DNA from: Candidatus Eiseniibacteriota bacterium
GTDB lineage: Bacteria; Eisenbacteria; RBG-16-71-46
Direction: 5' to 3'
Length of the DNA stretch: 64,000 nt
NCBI GenBank assembly: GCA_963717505.1
Contig: OY970342.1
Location: 544,001-608,000 of the forward strand
A program made the position numbers and the translations under genes. Shown in pieces: positions 11,453 through 20,093 of the stretch. How positions within the stretch are numbered: position 1 is the stretch's first letter; the number at the start of each line of letters is the position of its first letter. The notes below the pieces were generated by a model that ran no database searches, was not told the origin of the DNA, and saw only the letters and a program-made list of their open reading frames with translations.

Positions 11453-12796
11453 CTATCCGATCTTGCGCTCGATCTCGGCACGCAGGTGCTCGCGGACGTC
11501 GTCGAGCGGAATGCGGTCGAGCACCGGCGCGAAAAAGCCTTCGACGATCAATCGCTGGGCGTCCGAGCGCTGCAGCCCGCGGGACATCAGGTAGTAGAGC
11601 TGCTCGTCGTCGACATTGCCGATCGTCGCCCCGTGCGTGCAGCGGACGTCGTTGGCCAGGATCTCGAGGCCCGGAATGCTGTCGGCGCGCGCGGTGTCGG
11701 ACAAGAGCAGGTTGCGGTTGGCCTGGTACGCGTCGGTGCGCTGGGCACCCTCGCTGACCTGGATCAACCCCTGGTAGATGCTGCGCGCGCGATCCTTGAG
11801 GCAACCCTTGATCAGCAGGTCACTGGTCGTGTTCTCGACCAGATGCCGCTGCAGCGTGTGCAGGTGGAAGTGCTGGCGCTGGTCGCCGAACATGAAACCG
11901 TGGACGTACGCCCGAGCCCCCGGGCCCGCCAGATCGAAGTACGCGTTGACTTTGGCCATCCGTGAGCCGAGCAGCGTCTGGATCCACTGCAGCTCGGCGT
12001 CGCGGCCGATCCGCACCCGCTGGTTGGCGTAGTGGTAGACGTTGCGGCCCCAGTCCTGGAGCGAGCCATAGATCAGCTTCGAATCGTCACCGAGGAAGAC
12101 CTCGACACCGCCGGCGTGGAACGCGATGCCCGCGGCGGTTGCCGACCACTGTTCCTCGACCACCACCGCGCGCGCGCCACGGCCGAGCACCACCACCGAA
12201 CGGGGCGCCGCCAGCACGCCCGGCCGCGTCATGTAGTGGACGATGCGGATCGGCTCGGGAGCCTCGACGCCATCGGGCACATAGACGAAGGCGCCACCGG
12301 TGCGCAGGGCCGCGCCGAGTGCCGCGTACCAGTCGAAGTCGTCGGCGAGCAGGCTGCCATAGGCCGCCCGCACCCGGTCTGGATGCTCGCGCCATGCTCG
12401 CTCGAGCGAGCTGACCACGACGCCGCGGCTGGCGAGCGCCTCGGAGCTGCGCTCCGCGGCGACGCCGCCGTCGATCTGGACCACGATGTTGGCGCACAGG
12501 GCGTCCTCGCCCAGGCGAGCGACCAGCTCGGCCGGTAGGTCCTCGAACGTCGGCGCGGGACGGGGCGTGACGAATGGATCGAGTCCGGGAATCGCCTGCT
12601 GCAGGGTGCCGAAGTCGGTTCGGCGCCACAGCTCGTGCTCGCGCCGCGGGAACTCGAGGCCCTTCAGCGTTTCCGCCGCGGCGCGGCGGCGCTCCGCGGC
12701 CCACCCGCTCTCGCCACGGGCCGAGGCCTCGCGGGCCGCCCGGTTAGCCCACGCCACATCGAATCCGGTGTTCGGCGCCAGCTCGGTCGTCGTCAT
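11453..12796 (-). CDS. sufD: Fe-S cluster assembly protein SufD
   Basis: ELWRRTD, NRNLLLS...[28 protein letters not shown]; ATG overlaps the sufB stop. Confidence 0.92.
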   Translation of the reverse strand: MTTTELAPNTGFDVAWANRAAREASARGESGWAAERRRAAAETLKGLEFPRREHELWRRTDFGTLQQAIPGLDPFVTPRPAPTFEDLPAELVARLGEDALCANIVVQIDGGVAAERSSEALASRGVVVSSLERAWREHPDRVRAAYGSLLADDFDWYAALGAALRTGGAFVYVPDGVEAPEPIRIVHYMTRPGVLAAPRSVVVLGRGARAVVVEEQWSATAAGIAFHAGGVEVFLGDDSKLIYGSLQDWGRNVYHYANQRVRIGRDAELQWIQTLLGSRMAKVNAYFDLAGPGARAYVHGFMFGDQRQHFHLHTLQRHLVENTTSDLLIKGCLKDRARSIYQGLIQVSEGAQRTDAYQANRNLLLSDTARADSIPGLEILANDVRCTHGATIGNVDDEQLYYLMSRGLQRSDAQRLIVEGFFAPVLDRIPLDDVREHLRAEIERKIG

Positions 12797-14211
12797 CCGA
12801 CCGAGCCTTCCATCTGGAGCTGGATCAGGCGGTTCATCTCGACCGCGTACTCCATCGGCAGCTCCTTGACGATCGGCTCGATGAAGCCCGAGACGATCAT
12901 CGCCGCCGCTTCTTCCTTGCCGATGCCGCGGCTCTGCAGATAGAAGAGCTGCTCGTCGCCGATCTTGGAGACCGTGGCCTCGTGGCCGATCGTGACGCGA
13001 TCCTCCTCGATCTCCATGTACGGATAGGTGTCGGAGCGCGACGCCTCGTCGAGGATCAGCGCGTCGCAGTTGACGGTGCTCTTGCGAGTCGACCGCGCCC
13101 TTCTGCACCTTGATCAGCCCGCGGTAGCCGGCCCGGCCGCCGTCCTTGCTGATCGACTTGGAGATGATCTTGCTGGTGGTGTGCGGCGCGCAGTGGATGA
13201 CCTTGCCGCCCGCATCCTGGTGCTGGCCCTTGCCGGCGAACGCGATCGACAGGATCTCGCCATGCGCGCCCGGCTCCATCAGGTAGACGCTCGGGTACTT
13301 CTGGTGATCTTGGAGCCGAGATTTCCGTCGACCCACTCCATCGTGGCGTTGCGCGTAGGCGACCGCGCGCTTGGTCACCAGGTTGTAGACGTTGTTCGAC
13401 CAGTTCTGGATGGTCGTGTAGCGGCAGCGGCGCGCCGCGCTTGACGATGATCTCGACCACCGCCGAGTGCAGCGAGTCGCTCGAGTAGATCGGCGCCGTG
13501 CAGCCCTCGACGTAGTGCACGTACGCGCCCTCGTCGACGATGATCAGCGTGCGCTCGAACTGCCCCATGTTCTTGGTGTTGATGCGGAAGTAGGCCTGCA
13601 GCGGGACGTCGACGTGCACGCCCTTGGGCACGTAGATGAACGAGCCGCCCGACCACACCGCCGAGTTGAGCGCCGCGAACTTGTTGTCGGTCGACGGGAT
13701 GATGGTGCCGAAGTACTCGCGGAACAGATCCTCGTGGTCGCGCAGGCCGTGGTCGGCCGAGAGGAAGATGACGCCCTGCTTCTCGAGATGCTCCTTGATC
13801 TTGTGGTAGACGACCTCGGAGTCGTACTGGGCGCCGACGCCGGACAGGAACTTCTGCTCGGCCTCGGGAATCCCGAGCTTGTCGAACGTGCGCTTCATGT
13901 CGGCCGGCACGTCCTCCCAGGTCTTGGCCTCGGTCGTCGGTCGGCTTGACGTAGTAGAAGATGTTCTGGAAGTCGATGGTCGACAGATCCGGACCCCAGG
14001 TCGGCATCGGCTTCTTGTCGAAGATCTCGAGCGCCTTGAGCCGGAAGTCGCGCATCCACTTGGGCTCGCCCTTCATGTCCGAGATCTGGGCGACGATGTC
14101 GCGGTTCAGTCCGCGGAGCGCCTTGAACACCGGCTTCTCGTCGTCGTGGAAGCCGTACTTCTCCGCGTAGCCATCACGCATGTCGAGATTGGGAGTTTCG
14201 GTCGTGCTCAT
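12793..14211 (-). CDS. sufB: Fe-S cluster assembly protein SufB (about 5 single-base indels, probably sequencing errors)
   Basis: SufB motifs ([57 protein letters not shown]) lie in successive frames; breaks near 13935, 13430, 13352, 13303 and 13085. Confidence 0.9.
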
Positions 14212-15013
14212 TGGGCCGCCACCTCCTTGCCCTCGCGCACCCAGTCGTATCCGCGCTTCTCCAGCTCGAGCGCCAGCTCCGGGCCGCCGGAGCGCACGAT
14301 ACGACCGTCCACGATCACGTGGACATGGTGCGGCTTGATGTAGTTGAGGATGCGCTGGTAGTGCGTGATCACCAGCACGCCCACGTTCGGGCCCGGCCAG
14401 CGCGTTGACGCCGTCCGACACGATGCGCAGCGCGTCGATGTCGAGCCCGGAGTCGGTCTCGTCCATGATCGCGATCTCGGGCTTGAGCATCGCCATCTGG
14501 AGGATCTCGGCGCGCTTCTTCTCGCCGCCCGAGAAACCGTCGTTCAGGTAGCGGCTGGCGAACGAGTCGTCCATCTTGAGCAGCGCCATCTTCTCGCGGA
14601 GCAGGGTGCGGAACTCCTTGAGCGGGATGCCCTTGTGCTTGGGCATTGCACCGCTGCCGTTGGTCTCCGCCGGTACCAGGCGCGCGTTGAGCGCGGTGCG
14701 CAGGAAGTTGGCGACCGAGAGCCCGGGGATCGCGACCGGGTACTGGAACGCCATGAACAGGCCCTCGCGCGAGCGCTCGTCGGGCTCCATCTCGAGAATG
14801 CTCTCGCCCTTGAAGCAGGATGTCGCCCGCGGTGACCTCGTAGCGCGGATGACCCATGAGCGTGTTGGCGAACGTGCTCTTGCCCGAGCCGTTCGGCCCC
14901 ATGAGAGCGTGAATCTCGCCCTTGCGCACCTCGAGCGAGAGGCCCTTCAGGATCTCCTTGCCCTCCACCGAGACGTGAAGGTTGTCGACGATCAGTTCCG
15001 GCGTGTGGCTCAT
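14208..15013 (-). CDS. sufC: Fe-S cluster assembly ATPase SufC (2 indels)
   Basis: [34 protein letters not shown] and ITHYQR; extra bases near 14816 and 14394. Confidence 0.92.
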
Positions 15014-15074
15014 GGGGCTGCTTCTATCTCCCTGCGTGGCCGAACCGCTGGGGCCGGCACGCGCTGGTGGTCGA

Positions 15075-15439
15075 TTAGGCGGAGAAGCTTTCTCCGCACG
15101 CGCAGTTGTGGCGAACGTTCGGGTTGTTGAACTTGAAGCCCGAGCCCATCAGCCCGGTCGACGAAATCGATCTCGGTGCCGGCCGAGCAGCGCCATGCTG
15201 CGGGTGTCGACCACCAGCTGGACGCCGTTGCTGTCGAACGCTTCGTCGCCCGGCTCGGGGCCGGCGCAGAACTCCATGAAGTAGGAATTGCCCGAACAAC
15301 CGCCGCCGCGGACGCCGATGCGCAGGCCCTGCGTGGTTTCGCCCCGCTGCTGGATCAGCTCTTTGACCTTCTCGGCGGCCAACGCACTCAACGAAACACC
15401 CGTGCGCACTGGATTCTGATTCATGATCGGGAGATTCAT
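15075..15439 (-). CDS. sufA: A-type Fe-S carrier (SufA/IscA/HesB family) (2 indels)
   Basis: GVRGGGCSG...[14 protein letters not shown]; extra bases near 15182 and 15156. Confidence 0.88.
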
Positions 15440-15505
15440 GGGTTGCTTCGGACCTCCTGAGTTGCCGCGCTCCCGGCACGGTGCCGGATCACGCGGGTCT
15501 TCGGA

Positions 15506-16051
15506 CTATCGAACATCCTCGACACGCACGACCGCCGGCCGCGTCGGGACACCGAGCCGCGGTGCGGCGGTGATCCCGGCCACGAGCGCCGGTTCCTCGA
15601 GCATGCCGTGGTCTTGCGTACAATGAGCGCAGCCACCGACCGCCGCGGGTGTCGCGCACTCGCGGCACGTTTCCAGATAGGCGAGCCCTTCGAGCAGCTC
15701 ACGCTCGAGCTGCTGGTGCCGATCGATGGCCGCGCGCGTCTCGTCGAGCTTGCGCTCGAACAAGGTTCGCAGCTCACCCATCGCCCCCGGCCCCCGCTCG
15801 GCGGACCACCACGACCGCAACACCTCGCGCATCTCCTGGAGGGAGAAACCGAGGCCGTGCAGCAGGTCGATCCAGCGAACCCGCTCGATCGCCGACTCCT
15901 CGAAGAGCCGGAAGCCGCCGCTCGAGCGCGTGGCCGGTTTGAGCAGACCCAACTCTTCGTAGAGGTGAATCGCCCGTACCGACTTTCCGGTTTGCCGGGC
16001 GAGGTCCCCCACGCGGAGGAGGTGCTCTCGGGTCGAAGTCATCGTCGCCAT
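15506..16051 (-). CDS. MerR-family transcriptional regulator with C-terminal CxxC-x8-CxxC
   Basis: RVGDLARQTGKSVRAIHLYEELGLL.P..RSSGGFRLF HTH, coiled coil, then CRECATPAAVGGCAHC. Confidence 0.92.
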   Translation of the reverse strand: MATMTSTREHLLRVGDLARQTGKSVRAIHLYEELGLLKPATRSSGGFRLFEESAIERVRWIDLLHGLGFSLQEMREVLRSWWSAERGPGAMGELRTLFERKLDETRAAIDRHQQLERELLEGLAYLETCRECATPAAVGGCAHCTQDHGMLEEPALVAGITAAPRLGVPTRPAVVRVEDVR

Positions 16052-16054
16052 GGA

Positions 16055-16085
16055 ACCTTACCTGTACGTTAGATTACAGGTGGAA
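16055..16085 (-). promoter_or_regulatory. Putative MerR operator/promoter for the merR-suf operon
   Basis: Perfect inverted repeat ACCTGTA-N8-TACAGGT (16060-16081). On the minus strand it spans a 19-bp spacer between TTCCAC (-35-like) and TAAGGT (-10-like). Confidence 0.65.
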
Positions 16086-16156
16086 ACTACCGCTTCCATA
16101 TGTATTTGGCAACGGCCACAAGGTCGCGGATCTTGACCCGGGCCTGACAGACGATC

Positions 16157-16621
16157 TTGTCGGGGCGGACCCGGCAGGTCCGAAAACACCGGACCGGGTC
16201 GCCCTGCCAGGGGAGTATCAACGAGCCGCTTTGGAGCATGCTCCCTCCCACGGCCTTTTCGAGCCGCCTCTTGCGCTATGGCTATCGACTCGAGATCGAG
16301 GGCGAATCGGGTCGTGAAGCGTTCGGCGAGGTCTGGCTCGACGTCCCGGGTTCGACCCTGCTGGCTCCGCCCCGACCGGTCATGAATCCAGCCCACCGGG
16401 AGGTTCTGGTCACGTTCGCTTTGGAACGCGAAGAAGACGTCGCCCTGGAATTGCTCGACGACGCCGGCCGGCGGAGGAGCGTGACCCGGCTGGATCGAGC
16501 GTCGGCGGGACTTCACGTCGTGAACCTGAGCGACACGGGCAACCTCGAGCCCGGGATCTACTTCATTCGAATGGCGCGGACCGGAACGGTCGCCACGACC
16601 AAGGTGTGCGTGGTTCGTTGA
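16157..16621 (+). pseudogene. Orphan C-terminal sorting-like (T9SS-CTD/FlgD-Ig-like) domain, probably a gene remnant
   Basis: RYGYRL...GEVWLDVP...NPA...VTFAL.....LELLDDAGRR...GIYFIRM...TKVCVVR*; no signal peptide or convincing start. Confidence 0.5.
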
Positions 16622-16839
16622 CCGGGTCGGCTACCGGTCGGAGTGCGAACCGCTTCGCCGCCAGGGCGAGCAGGCCCAGCCCGGCGACTCCCGAGATCGC
16701 CTTCGCGAGCTGAGTTGAGCGCAGCACCCTCCGGAACCAGTCCATGAGTGTCCCCGCCACAGCTCGGCGTTCATGGCAAGCGTCCGCCGTGCAAACCCTG
16801 CGTTTTCGGGGCCTCCGGGAAAATTCTGGGCCATCCCAC

Positions 16840-16867
16840 TAAAGCGCGGCCGGCCTTCGACCGATAG
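16840..16867 (+). promoter_or_regulatory. Putative sigma-28 (FliA/SigD/WhiG-type) promoter of the DUF11 operon
   Basis: TAAA-N16-ACCGATAG compared with the consensus TAAA-N15/16-GCCGATA(A/T), about 100 bp upstream of the first gene. Confidence 0.5.
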
Positions 16868-16966
16868 GGCCTGACAGGCTGTTCTTCGGCTGGCTGGCCA
16901 TACGGACCGCTCTCCCGAGCGGCGCCGGTGCGGACTCATGCCGAAAACGTTTCCCGGAGGTTCTCT

Positions 16967-17476
16967 GTGAAACTTGGGCATCGGGGCCGCTTCGGAGCGG
17001 CCATCGTGGGCGTCCTGTTCGTCGCACTGACGGCGACCGCTCACGCCACGGTTCAGGTCCGGCTGACTGCACACCGGATCCTGAAGGACGCGAAGGGTGC
17101 GGAATCGTTCCAGATCGCCGAGCAGATCAAGCCCGGCGAGTCCGTCGAGTACCGCGCGGTCTATCAGAACGACGGCGACGCCGGCGTCGACAAGCTGGTC
17201 GCGACGCTGCCGATTCCCGCCGGAACCGAGTTCATCGCAGGCACGGCGTCGCCGGCCGGCGCGCAGGCCAGCCTCGACGGCAAGACCTTCGCCCCCATGC
17301 CGCTCAAGCGCAAGGTTCGACTCAGCGACGGCCGTGAGGTCGAGCGCGAAGTGCCGACCGCCGAGTACCGCTTTCTGCGCTGGTCGCTGGGCAGTCTCGG
17401 TTCGCGCAAGGAGCAGATCGTCCGCACACGGGTTCGCGTGACCGCGCTTTCCGCCGGCACCGCGAGCGAACGGTGA
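16967..17476 (+). CDS. Secreted single truncated DUF11-type domain protein (candidate fimbrial chaperone)
   Basis: GGAGG then GTG; signal peptide ending TAHA; KPGESVEYRAVYQN...LPIPAGTEF...LRWSLGSL...VRTRVRV; lacks the Lys and Asp seen in the other copies. Confidence 0.8.
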   Translation: MKLGHRGRFGAAIVGVLFVALTATAHATVQVRLTAHRILKDAKGAESFQIAEQIKPGESVEYRAVYQNDGDAGVDKLVATLPIPAGTEFIAGTASPAGAQASLDGKTFAPMPLKRKVRLSDGREVEREVPTAEYRFLRWSLGSLGSRKEQIVRTRVRVTALSAGTASER

Positions 17477-17481
17477 CCGCC

Positions 17482-20082
17482 ATGACCCACCTTCGACTCG
17501 ATACCCGACTTGGTTTCGCCCTGCGGGGAGCGTTGCTCCTCGCACTCGGAATCCTCGCGTTCGCGATTCCCGCGTCCGCTGCACCGCCCGCCGGCACCTC
17601 GATCGGCAACCAGGCGTCGGCCCAGTATCTCGACGCGACTTCGACGCTGCGCACCGCGACTTCGAACGTCGTCACCACCATCGTTCAGCAGGTCGCGAGC
17701 TTCACGTTGACCGCGAACGGCAGCGTCACGTCCTCGCCGGGCGGCCAGGTGATCTTCCCGCACACCCTGACCAACACCGGCAACGGCACCGACGACTTCC
17801 CGCTCACGCTGTCGAACGTGGTCGCGGATGACTTCGACCTGACCGGTCTCGCGATCTATCTGGACGCGAACGGCGACGGGGTGCCGGACAACTTCACCAA
17901 CCTGACGACCACGGGATCGGTCGCCGCCGGCGCCGCGTTCCGCTTCGTGGTGGTTGGAAGCGTGCCCGGAACCCAGGTCGGCGGGCAGATCGGCCGCATG
18001 CGGATCGATGCGTCCAGCACGTTCGACCCCGGCCAGGCCACGAACAATCTCGATCAGGTCACCGTCACCGGCAACGCAGTGGTCAGCGTGACCAAGGCGA
18101 TCAACCAGAACAACGGGGCTTCGCCGAGCGGTCCGCACACCTACACCCTGAGCTACAACAACTCGGGCAACAGCACCGCGACCGGCCTGCTGCTCACCGA
18201 CCTGGTTCCGGCTGGAATGACCTACGTGCCGGGCAGCGGTCGCTGGAGCGTCACCGGAGCCACGGTGCTGACCGACGGAAGCGCCGCCGACGCCCAGGGC
18301 GTCGTGCCGAACACCGTGATCTACGACTTCGGCGCGACCACCGGTGGCACGGTCACCGCCCGGATCGCGCAGGTGCCTCCGGGCGCCAGCGGGACCCTGA
18401 CGTTCGACGTCACCGTCAACGCGGGCCTCGGACCGCAGACCATCAGCAACAACGCGACCTACGCGTACAACGACGGTGCGGTCAACGTCGGTCCGTTCGC
18501 CACCAACTTCGCGCCGTTCACGGTCAACCAGGCGGTGTCGCTGACCTTCGCCGGTCAGACGATCCCGATCGCGGTCCAGGGCGCGACCATCTCGTACACC
18601 AACACGCTGACCAACACCGGCAACGGCACCGATCGCTTCGACATCGTGATCGGCGCTTCGACCTTCCCGGCCGGCACCAGCTACGCGCTATACCAGAGCG
18701 ACGGCGTGACGCCGCTGTCGGACACCAACGCCAACGGCACGCCGGACACCGGTCCGCTGGCCGCGGGCGCGGCCTACGATGTCGTTCTGCGACTGACGCT
18801 GCCGACGTCGGCTACCGGCGGTCCGTTCCAGGTCGACAAGACGGCGACCTCGATCTCGAACGTCGCGGTCAACGCCACGGCGACCGACGTCCTGACCACG
18901 ATCACGCCGAATGCCGTCGACCTGACCAACAACTCCCCCGGCGGCGCTGCGCCGGGCGCGGGCGCTGGTCCCGAACTTACGGCGGTGGTGACCAACGCCA
19001 CCAACCCGGCGACCACCACGCGCTTCACGCTGTACGTCAACAACTACAGCACGATCGCGGACAACTTCGATCTGGCGGCGAGCACGGACGGTTCGTTCGG
19101 CTCGATCACGCTGCCGGCGGGTTGGTCCGTGACCTTCTTCGACGCGTCGAACGCGATCATCACCAACACCGGCAGTATCGCCGGCAGCGGCAACGTGCTG
19201 GTCTACGCCGACGTCACGATTCCCGCGGGCTTTGCGGCGAGCACGAACAGCATCTACTTCCGCGCTCGCTCACCGGTTTCGCTGGCCGTCGATTACATCC
19301 ATGACGCGGTGACCGTCAACCCGGTTCGCACCCTGACGCTGGTGCCCAACAACTCCGGACAGCTGACGCCGGGCGGCGCGACCACCTACGCCCACATCCT
19401 GTCCAACACCGGCAACGTGCTGGAAGGTGACGGCGTGGCGAGCGTGGTTTCGCTGACCATGACCAACAACGCCGCCTCGTGGAGCTCGGCGCTGTACGTG
19501 GACAGCAACAACAACGGCTCGCTCGACGTCGGCGACGCCGCGATCGCCGATCTCGGCACCATCGGTGGGCTGGCCTCCGGCGCGAGCGTGCGTCTGTTCG
19601 TGCGTGTCTTCTCGCCGGCCGGTGCTCCACTCGGCGCCACCAACCTGACCACGCTGACCGCGACCACGACCAACGGCACCTACGTCTCGGCGCCGCCGGC
19701 GCTGGTGAACGCAACGGACCTGACCACGGTCCTCAACGGCCAGCTGCAGCTGGTCAAGCGACAGGCGCTCGATGCCGACTGTGACGGCCTTCCCGACGGA
19801 CCTTACTCGTTGGTGAACATCACGGCCGGTGCGATCCCTGACGCGTGCATCTGCTACGAGCTGGTGGTGACGAACGTCGGTACGGCGTCGGTGACCGCGG
19901 TGGTCGTCGACGACGCCACGCCCGCGAACACGACCTATTGGGATGCGGCGCCGGCGTCGAGCACCCAGGGCTTCGTCACCGCACCGCCGGGCAACACCGC
20001 CGGAACGATTTCCGCCGCGGTCGGCATCCTGGCGCCGGGTGCGTCGGCAACGATTCTGTTCGGAGTTCACATCGACCCCTAA
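17482..20082 (+). CDS. Secreted multi-Ig DUF11 protein (candidate major fimbrial shaft subunit), 866 aa
   Basis: Signal peptide ending PASA; N-terminal PAGTSIGNQA...SNVVTTIV; several TNTGN Ig domains with DxNxDG loops; one full DUF11 domain; C-terminal truncated DUF11. Alternative GTG start at 17473. Confidence 0.88.
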   Translation: MTHLRLDTRLGFALRGALLLALGILAFAIPASAAPPAGTSIGNQASAQYLDATSTLRTATSNVVTTIVQQVASFTLTANGSVTSSPGGQVIFPHTLTNTGNGTDDFPLTLSNVVADDFDLTGLAIYLDANGDGVPDNFTNLTTTGSVAAGAAFRFVVVGSVPGTQVGGQIGRMRIDASSTFDPGQATNNLDQVTVTGNAVVSVTKAINQNNGASPSGPHTYTLSYNNSGNSTATGLLLTDLVPAGMTYVPGSGRWSVTGATVLTDGSAADAQGVVPNTVIYDFGATTGGTVTARIAQVPPGASGTLTFDVTVNAGLGPQTISNNATYAYNDGAVNVGPFATNFAPFTVNQAVSLTFAGQTIPIAVQGATISYTNTLTNTGNGTDRFDIVIGASTFPAGTSYALYQSDGVTPLSDTNANGTPDTGPLAAGAAYDVVLRLTLPTSATGGPFQVDKTATSISNVAVNATATDVLTTITPNAVDLTNNSPGGAAPGAGAGPELTAVVTNATNPATTTRFTLYVNNYSTIADNFDLAASTDGSFGSITLPAGWSVTFFDASNAIITNTGSIAGSGNVLVYADVTIPAGFAASTNSIYFRARSPVSLAVDYIHDAVTVNPVRTLTLVPNNSGQLTPGGATTYAHILSNTGNVLEGDGVASVVSLTMTNNAASWSSALYVDSNNNGSLDVGDAAIADLGTIGGLASGASVRLFVRVFSPAGAPLGATNLTTLTATTTNGTYVSAPPALVNATDLTTVLNGQLQLVKRQALDADCDGLPDGPYSLVNITAGAIPDACICYELVVTNVGTASVTAVVVDDATPANTTYWDAAPASSTQGFVTAPPGNTAGTISAAVGILAPGASATILFGVHIDP

Positions 20083-20093
20083 CCCGGTATCCC

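Noticed and set aside
11453-13378. Apparent 641-aa SufB-SufD fusion ORF
   Set aside because: It is created by an indel in sufB near 13085. The true sufB end (12793) and sufD start (12796) overlap normally.
16563-16760. 65-aa minus-strand ORF
   Set aside because: It has no recognisable family, overlaps the plus-strand ORF and has no clear RBS.
16770-16900. Possible c-di-GMP-I riboswitch (GCAAACC) before the adhesin operon
   Set aside because: I could not find the GNRA tetraloop, receptor or second hairpin. An Infernal search would settle it.
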